From IMG/VR virus record IMGVR_UViG_3300032293_000813, positions 1 through 22,999 of that record: a DNA stretch of 22,999 nucleotides. One strand, written 5' to 3'. Each line of letters begins with the position of its first letter. The first letter of the stretch is position 1. Position numbers and translations under genes: made by a program. Under the pieces are notes generated by a model, which was not told where the DNA came from, made no database searches, and worked only from the letters and a program-made list of their open reading frames with translations. Origin of the DNA: a virus (taxonomy: Duplodnaviria; Heunggongvirae; Uroviricota; Caudoviricetes). Positions 1 to 8,261 of this stretch are shown here, piece by piece.

Positions 1-1658
1 CCATTTTCTATAGCTTGCTGATTACCGCCTAATAATAAATCGGTAACAACCCCATTAACCATATATCCAAAGTCTCTTCTACATTTTACTTCATCATATG
101 TAAAAGGAGTTCCTGTTTGGTCTTTACCTTTTATGAAAATATGTTGAATAAAATTAATAACTTCTTCTTGTAATAATGCTAAGTTTCCTAATAAAGCAGT
201 TTTTGCATTTAATACTTCCGGTAATGGGGGAGAAATAGTTCCTCCTGCAGCAATTATTCGTATCATTCTAGCCGCATAAGAAATAGATGCAATTGTTTCC
301 TCTTTTTGAGAATTTGCTACTCCACCTGCTCCGAATTGAACTTCTCCAAAATTACCATTATAATAAGAAATACCGGCCTGAACCGTTTTCTCATTTCCAC
401 CAAATACTAAATCATCTAAAACTGCATCTATAAGTAAACCAATATCTCTCTTACACCTTAACGGGTTATAAGTGAAAAATGGAAATACATATTTTATATA
501 TTCAACTGTTTCATCTTGAATAAATCCTTTATTTCTTAATACTAAATTTCTAGCATTTAATTTATTAGCATCCGCTGTAATTGTTTGTGAATTATTAACA
601 ACAACTGGTGCCGATGGAATCCCACCATCTACGATAGATAATAGAGTTGAAAAAGAAGAACTTATTGATTGCGATACTGCGTTTGTTCCAGCCGTACCTG
701 CTATTTGAGAATTTGCACTTAAATTTTTAGGTATTAATCCGTTTGGAACTAATACAGGTACTGAACCTAACCCATTTCCTAATATATCTAATACGGTAGA
801 AAACGATGAACTTATAGAAGCACCCTGTGATGCACTACCATAATTATCATATACACTTTGAGATACCGAACCGATTGTTATCAATGATGTTGAACCATTT
901 TTCACTTCAACTGGAGTTACACCCAACCCACCTGCTAATATTTCAGCAACAGTTGCATATGATTGTGAAATAATTGATGCCTCAGTTGCAGAACCACTTT
1001 GTCCAGACCCACTAACTTGTGAAGCGGATATTTGATAATTAGTGTATATACTTTGTACCGCTGCTTTAATTGTTTTAAAAGGAGTGGCAGGTGATTTACC
1101 TCTATGTGGAGTTATTAAATTATCATTACCATATTCTGCAACATAAACTTTCCTAGATTCTTCTGGAAAAATAAGCTGAGATGCTGATATTGGATTTATT
1201 GAAATATCTAATGAAGCGGTGTATTTACTAGTCGTTGTTCCAGATAATGTTCCTTCAGCTGAAATATCACCTCCTAAGAAGAATCTTTGTTCTTCTAATG
1301 CATTAACTCTAGCTTCAACAGATTGAGAAAACGGTCCTTTTAATGTTCCACTTACATATACATCTTGAATGAAAGTTGAATCTCTTGTTACAGTTACACT
1401 ACCCGTTATAATAGCTACACCAATTTGAGTAGATGAACCCGTAAGTAGTAAACTACCTGTTATTTCATGTGTACTAGAAGTGTGAACTCCAAATGAAGTA
1501 TTACCGGATGAATATAAATTACCCGATACCTCTAATGAATGCGAAAAAAACGCAACATCATTTGTTATTATTACTTCATTAACTGTATTTACAGCAATAG
1601 CGACTGAACCGCTTGTTACTACACCTAACCCTGAACTTTGTTTACCTATTACTTTCAT
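1..1658 (-). CDS. Large repeat-rich virion structural protein, 3'-truncated by the window edge (>552 aa); not in the ORF track
   Basis: ATG at 1658; frame read manually from MKVIGKQSSGLGVVTSGS to ...LLLGGNQQAIENG at the edge with no stop seen. Contains VYVAEYGNDN..RGKSPATPFKTIKAA (type of motif that opens beta-helix domains), three ~50-aa ISxSF/YxTxxxIxxxG repeats and two CxRDxGxxxxxVxxDLxxGGN repeats of the kind seen in giant structural proteins of T4-like phages. Confidence 0.85.
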   Translation of the reverse strand, partial: MKVIGKQSSGLGVVTSGSVAIAVNTVNEVIITNDVAFFSHSLEVSGNLYSSGNTSFGVHTSSTHEITGSLLLTGSSTQIGVAIITGSVTVTRDSTFIQDVYVSGTLKGPFSQSVEARVNALEEQRFFLGGDISAEGTLSGTTTSKYTASLDISINPISASQLIFPEESRKVYVAEYGNDNLITPHRGKSPATPFKTIKAAVQSIYTNYQISASQVSGSGQSGSATEASIISQSYATVAEILAGGLGVTPVEVKNGSTSLITIGSVSQSVYDNYGSASQGASISSSFSTVLDILGNGLGSVPVLVPNGLIPKNLSANSQIAGTAGTNAVSQSISSSFSTLLSIVDGGIPSAPVVVNNSQTITADANKLNARNLVLRNKGFIQDETVEYIKYVFPFFTYNPLRCKRDIGLLIDAVLDDLVFGGNEKTVQAGISYYNGNFGEVQFGAGGVANSQKEETIASISYAARMIRIIAAGGTISPPLPEVLNAKTALLGNLALLQEEVINFIQHIFIKGKDQTGTPFTYDEVKCRRDFGYMVNGVVTDLLLGGNQQAIEN

Positions 1659-1687
1659 TTAAGAAAAGAATTTATTTTATTTACTTA

Positions 1688-2020
1688 TTACCCTTGCTCT
1701 AAAACTGATACAATAGCATCTAAACAACTTGCTGCTGAACCTGTTACGGAAAGAAAATCTCCGGTTTCTAATACTAATTTTTGGTCTCCGCCGAATAATA
1801 CTAAGGTAGAACCGGCTGCCACAGTAAATTCTTTAATAACGTGAGATATTTTAGCAGTTGATATATCATGTGCTTTAACCGTCAGGTCTACATCAGTTCC
1901 TACTATATTTGCAACAGAAACTCCGATTACTGTCGAAGTTCTACCAGCTGGACAAGTGTAGACAACTGCTCCACCTGTTCCTATACTACTTTCTAAACTA
2001 TTTTTGAAAAAGTTTGCCAT
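1688..2020 (-). CDS. Conserved hypothetical virion protein, probable small beta-sandwich (110 aa)
   Basis: ORF track; MANFFKN...VYTCPAG..STVIGVSVANI...KLVLETGD.L.V pattern typical of small phage structural proteins that follow fibre genes; preceded by a variant of the intergenic motif. Confidence 0.75.
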   Translation of the reverse strand: MANFFKNSLESSIGTGGAVVYTCPAGRTSTVIGVSVANIVGTDVDLTVKAHDISTAKISHVIKEFTVAAGSTLVLFGGDQKLVLETGDFLSVTGSAASCLDAIVSVLEQG

Positions 2021-2035
2021 TTGTTTTTAATTATA

Positions 2036-2044
2036 TATAATTAT
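2036..2044 (-). promoter_or_regulatory. Variant of putative late-promoter motif (ATAATTATA on coding strand)
   Basis: One mismatch to ATATTTATA; intergenic, 15 nt upstream of the ATG at 2020. Confidence 0.35.
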
Positions 2045-2057
2045 TAAGTTCTTTATT

Positions 2058-4727
2058 TTATCCTAACGCAATTGCCAAAGCAACCGCAGTATCTATTATA
2101 TTATCTCCCGCAACCAATAAACTTCCACTCACATTAAAATCTTTATTCAAATTCATTCTTTGGTTTGCATGGTCCCAAGTGAATTGAATAGCTGTTGTAG
2201 GTCCTTCTATTGTTATACCCGCATCATTTGATTGTAAAGATGATAATGAACCTCTTGATACAATAACATTCTTATCTTCAATTTGTAAGTTACTAACATT
2301 TATATTAACAACATCACCCACTATATCAACGTTACCATCTACTTGTAAATTTCCACTTACTCTTAAATTCTTTTCAAAGAATGAACTTTCTTTAACAGTT
2401 AAAGATGAACTTAATTCAGTATTACCACTTACAAATAACCCACCACTTATTGCAGTTGAACCTGTTACTCTCAATGTACTATTTAATCCTACATTTCCTA
2501 ATACAGTAAGAGTAGAACCATTCCTAACTGCTCCACTAACATTTAATATACCAGGAATCTGAACAACATCTCCAGCTGCATCTCCTAAATTAGTTGAACC
2601 TGTTACAGATAAGTTTCCGTTTACTTCCAAATTACCGGTTACGGCCGCAGATGCAGTTACATTAAGTTTGTTTATTGCTGCATTTGTAATAGTAGCATTA
2701 ACTAATGTTATATTACCTTGTACCGCTAAATCACCATCAACATCTAAGTTTCCGGTAATATGTGCGTTATTTGAAATTTGTAATCCGTACCCATCATTAG
2801 GGTCACCGATTATATAAATTCCTTTATTTACTATTAATCTTTCACTACTTCCGGTAGTTGTATATCGAATAGATGCGTTAGCACCACTTATAAAAATACC
2901 AGCTCCTTCTGCCTCAAATCCCGCAGTAGAACCACTTGCTATTTCTAATAATTTTGGTTTAAGTGATGCTCTTGTTCCGTTTACATATAAATCTCTACCA
3001 ACTGTTACATCACTATCAAATGAAGCACTTCCTAATATTCCTGAACCAGATTGTGTTCTCAAATCTCCCATCGTAACAGTTCCTAACAATAAAGTTGAAC
3101 CTGTCACTTCTAACGAAGATGATATTTTAACCGTTCCTAAGTTTGCAATGTATCCCTGATTCCACACATTACCACTCATTGTAGTCGGTGAAGCAATTGT
3201 TAATAAATCATCACCACCTTGCCCCAATATAGTAGAACCACTAACTGTTAAATTTGATGAAATTTTAGTGTTACTATTTAAATTAATACCATCAGTTGCA
3301 GCTATATTTACTCTAATAGAACTACCGGTTGTAGTATTAAGATATTCAATTCCAATTCTACCCGCTGATGCTGCGGTTGCATTTGTTACACTTAAAACAC
3401 TACTTGTTACGTTAGTAATTAAATATGAATCCAATGTACCATCATTACTTCTATTCCTAATTACAATTTTTCCTGCAATTGGAGCAAGTCCTGATATAAG
3501 TGGAGAATTATCATCATCGAATGTTATAGATGAACTTTTTACTGCTGAATTTCTAATAAATAAATTTTGTAAAGCTGTTCCTGTGAAAAATTGATTAAAC
3601 GAACCACTTACAACAACTGAATCATTTTGTGCATCATCTCCTAATTTAGTCGAGCCACTTACAAAAACGGTACCGGCTCCACCAACATTTAAAACTACAT
3701 TACCCGCTACATCTAATCCATTACCAAACGAACCACTACCATCTACTCTTAAATTTTGATTAATATTAACATTAGCAGTTGCCCCAAGTACACTTAATGA
3801 ATTGTTTAGAGTTGTACCACCATCAACTTGCAATGTTTGTCTTAATATTGCGGATGAACCTGATATCTGACCTAATGCGTGAAATGTTCCACTTGTGAAT
3901 GTATTACCATTAGTTTTATTTACGGTAAATTTATTATTACCGATATCTAATCCATCTCCTACGAATCTTAAATCAGATGTATTTGTAAGGTATCCATTTG
4001 ATGCAATTACAATTGAATCATTTGAACCACCGGGTGCTCTTAAATTATCAAATGCCGCTGATACCGCAGTTACGGTTCCACCTGAAGATGAAATATTTGC
4101 TTTTAATACGATACCATTTGTACCACTTACATAAAGGTTACCACTTGCAAAAGTATTTCCTGTATTTGGTTCTACCCAAAATCTATCCTGTGAACCAGAA
4201 CCTAATCTTAATTTTGCTCCCTCAATATATTCAAAATCATTTGATGCAGTTAATTGATTTACTGCATTAACAAATATAATATTATTTGGTGCATCCACTC
4301 CTGCTAAACCAGCTAATGAAAGAGAACCTAAATAAGCAGTATTCCAATATTTTAAAGCAGTTCCTAAATTATAACTAGCTGATTGGTCTGGAATAAGGTC
4401 AGAACCGAAATCTGCTACAACCGTTACGGTATCAATATTGGAATCACCTAATTTAAGGCTACCACTAATAGTAACATCTCCTCTAAAATAAGCATTAGAT
4501 GCAGTAATATCTCCCGTTACCGAAAGTGAACCCTGATTTTCGAACACAGAAGCACTTCCCCATGTATTAGCACCTGCTAAGCCTGTACTTAATTTAACGA
4601 GGGTTATCTCTTCACTCCCACTTGCTCCGAATTGAACGGTTTGTAAGGTTGAATTAAAGAAAGGTTCACCATATTGTAGTGTCCCCTTAGTTCCGTTATT
4701 ACCCCTTCTTATCTGTAATAATGCCAT
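2058..4727 (-). CDS. Tail fibre / fibre-like structural protein (889 aa)
   Basis: N-terminal LQIRRG...LQYGEP motif resembling the Mtd-type N-terminal fibre attachment domain; many (L/V)xVxGx beta repeats; G/S/T/N-rich; C-terminal AVALAIALG. Confidence 0.75.
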   Translation of the reverse strand: MALLQIRRGNNGTKGTLQYGEPFFNSTLQTVQFGASGSEEITLVKLSTGLAGANTWGSASVFENQGSLSVTGDITASNAYFRGDVTISGSLKLGDSNIDTVTVVADFGSDLIPDQSASYNLGTALKYWNTAYLGSLSLAGLAGVDAPNNIIFVNAVNQLTASNDFEYIEGAKLRLGSGSQDRFWVEPNTGNTFASGNLYVSGTNGIVLKANISSSGGTVTAVSAAFDNLRAPGGSNDSIVIASNGYLTNTSDLRFVGDGLDIGNNKFTVNKTNGNTFTSGTFHALGQISGSSAILRQTLQVDGGTTLNNSLSVLGATANVNINQNLRVDGSGSFGNGLDVAGNVVLNVGGAGTVFVSGSTKLGDDAQNDSVVVSGSFNQFFTGTALQNLFIRNSAVKSSSITFDDDNSPLISGLAPIAGKIVIRNRSNDGTLDSYLITNVTSSVLSVTNATAASAGRIGIEYLNTTTGSSIRVNIAATDGINLNSNTKISSNLTVSGSTILGQGGDDLLTIASPTTMSGNVWNQGYIANLGTVKISSSLEVTGSTLLLGTVTMGDLRTQSGSGILGSASFDSDVTVGRDLYVNGTRASLKPKLLEIASGSTAGFEAEGAGIFISGANASIRYTTTGSSERLIVNKGIYIIGDPNDGYGLQISNNAHITGNLDVDGDLAVQGNITLVNATITNAAINKLNVTASAAVTGNLEVNGNLSVTGSTNLGDAAGDVVQIPGILNVSGAVRNGSTLTVLGNVGLNSTLRVTGSTAISGGLFVSGNTELSSSLTVKESSFFEKNLRVSGNLQVDGNVDIVGDVVNINVSNLQIEDKNVIVSRGSLSSLQSNDAGITIEGPTTAIQFTWDHANQRMNLNKDFNVSGSLLVAGDNIIDTAVALAIALG

Positions 4728-4757
4728 TTATCTGTAGTTGTAGATTTCTTATACTTC

Positions 4758-4766
4758 TATAAATAT
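4758..4766 (-). promoter_or_regulatory. Putative late-promoter motif ATATTTATA
   Basis: Exact copy in the intergenic gap, 30 nt upstream of the ATG at 4727. Confidence 0.55.
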
Positions 4767-4782
4767 AACTCTTTCGAATTAT

Positions 4783-5595
4783 CTAATATTTGCTCCCACT
4801 CCCAAACTCCGTTTCCGCAGATGTATCATTGAGTGAAAGTCTACCATTCAAATCATAACCATCTCCTCCTTGTAATAAAACCTCATTAGTTACCACAACC
4901 TTTCTAATTGTAAATCCTTTTTGTGTAGTAGGAACATTATCAGCTCTCTTAGGTAATAAATAAGCATTAACCGTCATAGTGAATGTAGTTCTTATTATTC
5001 TCTCTGTTCCTGCTCCTACTTCTTGTTGGTTATCAAAGTTATCAATCATAACTCTGAATTTATATTTATCCTCCTCACCCCAATATCTATCTGTGAAATA
5101 TTGGAATTGTTCTATAATTTTATTATTGTGTTCTGTAAAGTTTGTCCACACCATTACTTCGTATGTAACAGTAACATAATCCGGCATCTTTACATCAAAT
5201 GTTTCATATCTCTTTTTGAATTCTGAATTTAATAAAGAAAACCTATCGTATGCATTTTTATTCGAAAACTTTCTAATAGTTGGATATGTAATCTTATCAT
5301 CCTTTAAGAATTTCATTGCCTCATTCTTAGCAAAAGAGTTTCTCTTAAACATAATAAGTGGAATTTGAATCTTTCCCAATTTATCTTTTAAATATCCATC
5401 TTTTTGTGCACCTTTCCATCTTTCAGCATTTCCATATATTAGCGGAACTTTTACTTTAGATTTGTTTTGCTCTACTTCCGGAATGATATGCTTTTCCATA
5501 TAGGATGCAATAGTACTATCTATATCAACTAATGATATTGATAACATTTGTTGTTCATCCTGCTTTACTATTTTCGAAAAGTTTTTATCTGCCAT
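4783..5595 (-). CDS. gp15: T4 gp15-like tail completion / sheath-terminator protein (270 aa)
   Basis: KVPLIYG..E.W....IPLIMF and late FTMTVNAYLLP pattern resembles gp15; directly follows gp13- and gp14-like genes as in T4. Confidence 0.65.
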   Translation of the reverse strand: MADKNFSKIVKQDEQQMLSISLVDIDSTIASYMEKHIIPEVEQNKSKVKVPLIYGNAERWKGAQKDGYLKDKLGKIQIPLIMFKRNSFAKNEAMKFLKDDKITYPTIRKFSNKNAYDRFSLLNSEFKKRYETFDVKMPDYVTVTYEVMVWTNFTEHNNKIIEQFQYFTDRYWGEEDKYKFRVMIDNFDNQQEVGAGTERIIRTTFTMTVNAYLLPKRADNVPTTQKGFTIRKVVVTNEVLLQGGDGYDLNGRLSLNDTSAETEFGSGSKY

Positions 5596-6050
5596 TATCT
5601 TACTCTTTCTTCGATGTTAATTGCACTATTTCTAGTAATAAATGTTTCACATATAACAGAGAACTTATTTTGATATCCACCGCCTATCCACTGGTCTTCA
5701 TTAACATTAGATACCTCATAATAAGAACCATCTAATAAAATTAAATCACCAACTTCAGGATAGAAATTTGCATCTATTAAAGTGTGTCTATTAAATCTGA
5801 AATTAGAAGTTCTACTCGCATCCGCGCCAAAACCCTCATAATTAGTTTCCGTAGGTGCTCTTTCTATTATAGTGTATGTATCCAATCCTCTATAATATTG
5901 TTTATCCAAACTTTCACCATATAAGTTGTAAGAAGTTTCAGCTGAATTTATTTTAAATAATGTAACCAATGTTTCGATTACATCATTAACCATTTCAGTT
6001 GATACTTGTTCAAAAAAACGTATGTCCCTTGCGGAGTTAAATCGTGGCAT
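5595..6050 (-). CDS. gp14: T4 gp14-like neck / head-closure protein (151 aa)
   Basis: NLYGE...; PEVGDLI...YYEVSNV motif; located between gp13- and gp15-like genes; stop overlaps the next start by 1 nt. Confidence 0.65.
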   Translation of the reverse strand: MPRFNSARDIRFFEQVSTEMVNDVIETLVTLFKINSAETSYNLYGESLDKQYYRGLDTYTIIERAPTETNYEGFGADASRTSNFRFNRHTLIDANFYPEVGDLILLDGSYYEVSNVNEDQWIGGGYQNKFSVICETFITRNSAINIEERVR

Positions 6051-6051
6051 A

Positions 6052-7209
6052 TTATCCTACAAATATTGCTAAAGGTGCTTTCTGCAACATTTCCATTTGT
6101 TGGTTTGCTTCAGCAGCTTTATTTTCAAAAATCTTCTTTCTTGAAACCTCATCTAAATTCTCTCTTAATTGAGTTACTAGATTTTCTTTTTCAGTAGTTG
6201 CTTCCGCTCTTAATTGAGCACCATCCAATGTAGTTTCTCCACCTGGAATAGGGATACTACTATATTTCTCTCTAATTGCTCCTAATAATTCCTTACATAA
6301 AGCTAATGTATATTTTCTAATCCACTGTCTTCCTACATCATTAATTCTTTGATAAGGTATAAAATCATATCCTATATTTGAATAATCGGAAACTCTACCA
6401 TCTCTAAGCCCTAATGAATTTGTATCATACTCATCTCTAACATAGTATTCAAACCATAGTTTTTGATTAGTTGTTGGGACAGGGAATATTTTAAGTTTAC
6501 CATTTACAATACTAAACGTATGTGCTGATTTTCTAATTTGGTCGTTAAACTCGATAGCCTGAATCCTCAAGAGGTCTTCATAGAACGGCATTAATACGAA
6601 TTGAGTAGCAGTACTGAATGAACTGAATCCGAACTCCTGAGTGATGTTTAAAGTACCCATACCACTAATTGAATAAGGGTCGAAGAAACGAGCTAACGCA
6701 GGTTTAGGTTCAAAGAATACTTTTGTAATTTCTATCCTTTTTCCACTCTCACTTACATCCGCATATAATGTTTTTAAATCATAATCTTGCTCTAAACTCG
6801 TAATATCAATTGAACCACTTTTAATATCAGTTGCACCGCCCACACCTGCTGCAGTTCCATATGAATCCGATAAACGAATTACTTGATTTAAGAAAGAACC
6901 CTCTACTAATTTACCGGTGTAGTTAGAACCAGTAGCCTGCCCCATAATTTGAGGTAAGTTATTTCTAATATTGAATTGATTTACTTGAGCAGAATACTCA
7001 CTTACCGCCTCTTCAAATACTGCATAGAAGTGTTCATCTACCAATTCTACATCGATGATAGGGTAACCTAATCTTCTAGCACACCAAAGGGCTACTTTAG
7101 GTGCATCGTTTGAAAAATGGTAATCATTATCGTATATTTCGAATGGAGTCATTCCAGGAAAGAACGATGATGAACCAGGATAATGATTGATTGTTGAATC
7201 TACTGACAT
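6052..7209 (-). CDS. gp13: T4 gp13-like neck / head-tail adaptor protein (385 aa)
   Basis: RRLGYPIIDVEL near the N terminus and WIRKYTLALCKELLG...IPGGETTLDG near the C terminus match the gp13 pattern. Confidence 0.85.
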   Translation of the reverse strand: MSVDSTINHYPGSSSFFPGMTPFEIYDNDYHFSNDAPKVALWCARRLGYPIIDVELVDEHFYAVFEEAVSEYSAQVNQFNIRNNLPQIMGQATGSNYTGKLVEGSFLNQVIRLSDSYGTAAGVGGATDIKSGSIDITSLEQDYDLKTLYADVSESGKRIEITKVFFEPKPALARFFDPYSISGMGTLNITQEFGFSSFSTATQFVLMPFYEDLLRIQAIEFNDQIRKSAHTFSIVNGKLKIFPVPTTNQKLWFEYYVRDEYDTNSLGLRDGRVSDYSNIGYDFIPYQRINDVGRQWIRKYTLALCKELLGAIREKYSSIPIPGGETTLDGAQLRAEATTEKENLVTQLRENLDEVSRKKIFENKAAEANQQMEMLQKAPLAIFVG

Positions 7210-7230
7210 CTAATATAAGTTATTTACTTA

Positions 7231-7239
7231 TATAAATAT
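7231..7239 (-). promoter_or_regulatory. Putative late-promoter motif ATATTTATA
   Basis: Exact copy, intergenic, 21 nt upstream of the ATG at 7209. Confidence 0.55.
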
Positions 7240-7262
7240 TCAGTTTATTAAATAAAGAAGTT

Positions 7263-7784
7263 TTAAACCAATCTGATTTTCAGAGTTCCGTTTGTGTGAT
7301 ACATTCCACCTAAGTTTATATTGCCCGCTGCCGCCGCTGCATCGTTAGCATAATTAGATGATGAAATTGAACTCAGATTGAAAGCGGTTCTATCTGTATC
7401 AGATGTTCTGATTTTAAGGTATCCATCTGTATGATATACCCCACCCAAAGGAACTCCTTGATTTTGTGCGGTATAATCTGTGGGATAATTAGATGCTGTA
7501 ACCGAACCCAATAAAACTGCCGCGGATGCGTTTCCACTATCCACTTTTAATTGAGAATATGCACCGGTTATATTAAGATTGTTAAGTGAAGCAGTTAACC
7601 CAAAGGTAATATTTCCACTAACAATTAAAGAACCACTAATACTTTGGTCACCATTAAATTGGTTAGAAGCAGTAGTAGCTCTAAATTCTATACTTGAAGT
7701 AATAGCAGAAAAGTTACTATCCATTTGTTCGATAGATAACTTATCCGATAAATTTTTTCGTAATGTTACTCCGCTAATTGCCAT
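7263..7784 (-). CDS. Short fibre-like structural protein, paralogue of 7795..8217 (173 aa)
   Basis: N-terminal TLRK..SDKLSIEQMDSNF anchor-type motif; two copies of NYxxDxxAxxxxxxLGGxYHTxGxLKIR. Confidence 0.7.
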   Translation of the reverse strand: MAISGVTLRKNLSDKLSIEQMDSNFSAITSSIEFRATTASNQFNGDQSISGSLIVSGNITFGLTASLNNLNITGAYSQLKVDSGNASAAVLLGSVTASNYPTDYTAQNQGVPLGGVYHTDGYLKIRTSDTDRTAFNLSSISSSNYANDAAAAAGNINLGGMYHTNGTLKIRLV

Positions 7785-7794
7785 TTATAATAAA

Positions 7795-8217
7795 TTAAAC
7801 TATTCTAATTCTGATTGCTCCTGCATTATGATACATACCTCCGATTGGAATTCCACCTGCCGCTGCGGCCGTATCATCTGCATAGTTTGAACCCAATACA
7901 GAGTTTCCACTACCACTCGCTATTACTCTACCTAAGAAGTTTGCTGAACCTGAATATGTTTGAGAACCAGAAACACTAAATGCACCAGTTACAAATAGGT
8001 TACCACTTGTGATTAATCCTGCACCACCTACACCATTAGCTCCTATTAATATGTTAGGAAAAGATGCGGTTAATTGAGTTCTAGTGGTATTTAAAGTAGC
8101 AATATTACTAGTACTAGCTTCCACACTAGATGTTATTGTCGAAAAATTACCATCTAATTCAGCGATAGTTAATTTACTACCCTTTATTGTTCTTAATGTT
8201 ACACCTGCTAATGCCAT
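7795..8217 (-). CDS. Short fibre-like structural protein (140 aa)
   Basis: N-terminal TLRTIKGSKLTIAELDGNF; single C-terminal NYADDTAAAAGGIPIGGMYHNAGAIRIR module. Confidence 0.7.
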   Translation of the reverse strand: MALAGVTLRTIKGSKLTIAELDGNFSTITSSVEASTSNIATLNTTRTQLTASFPNILIGANGVGGAGLITSGNLFVTGAFSVSGSQTYSGSANFLGRVIASGSGNSVLGSNYADDTAAAAGGIPIGGMYHNAGAIRIRIV

Positions 8218-8244
8218 TTTATTTTATTTTATTCTGTGTCTTTG

Positions 8245-8253
8245 TATAAATAT
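8245..8253 (-). promoter_or_regulatory. Putative late-promoter motif ATATTTATA
   Basis: Exact copy, intergenic, 27 nt upstream of the ATG at 8217. Confidence 0.55.
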
Positions 8254-8261
8254 ATAACTTC

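Noticed and set aside
2058-4727. Diversity-generating retroelement target, suggested by the Mtd-like N terminus
   Set aside because: No template/variable repeat pair with adenine-specific mismatches, no reverse transcriptase and no C-type-lectin-like C terminus are visible in the window.
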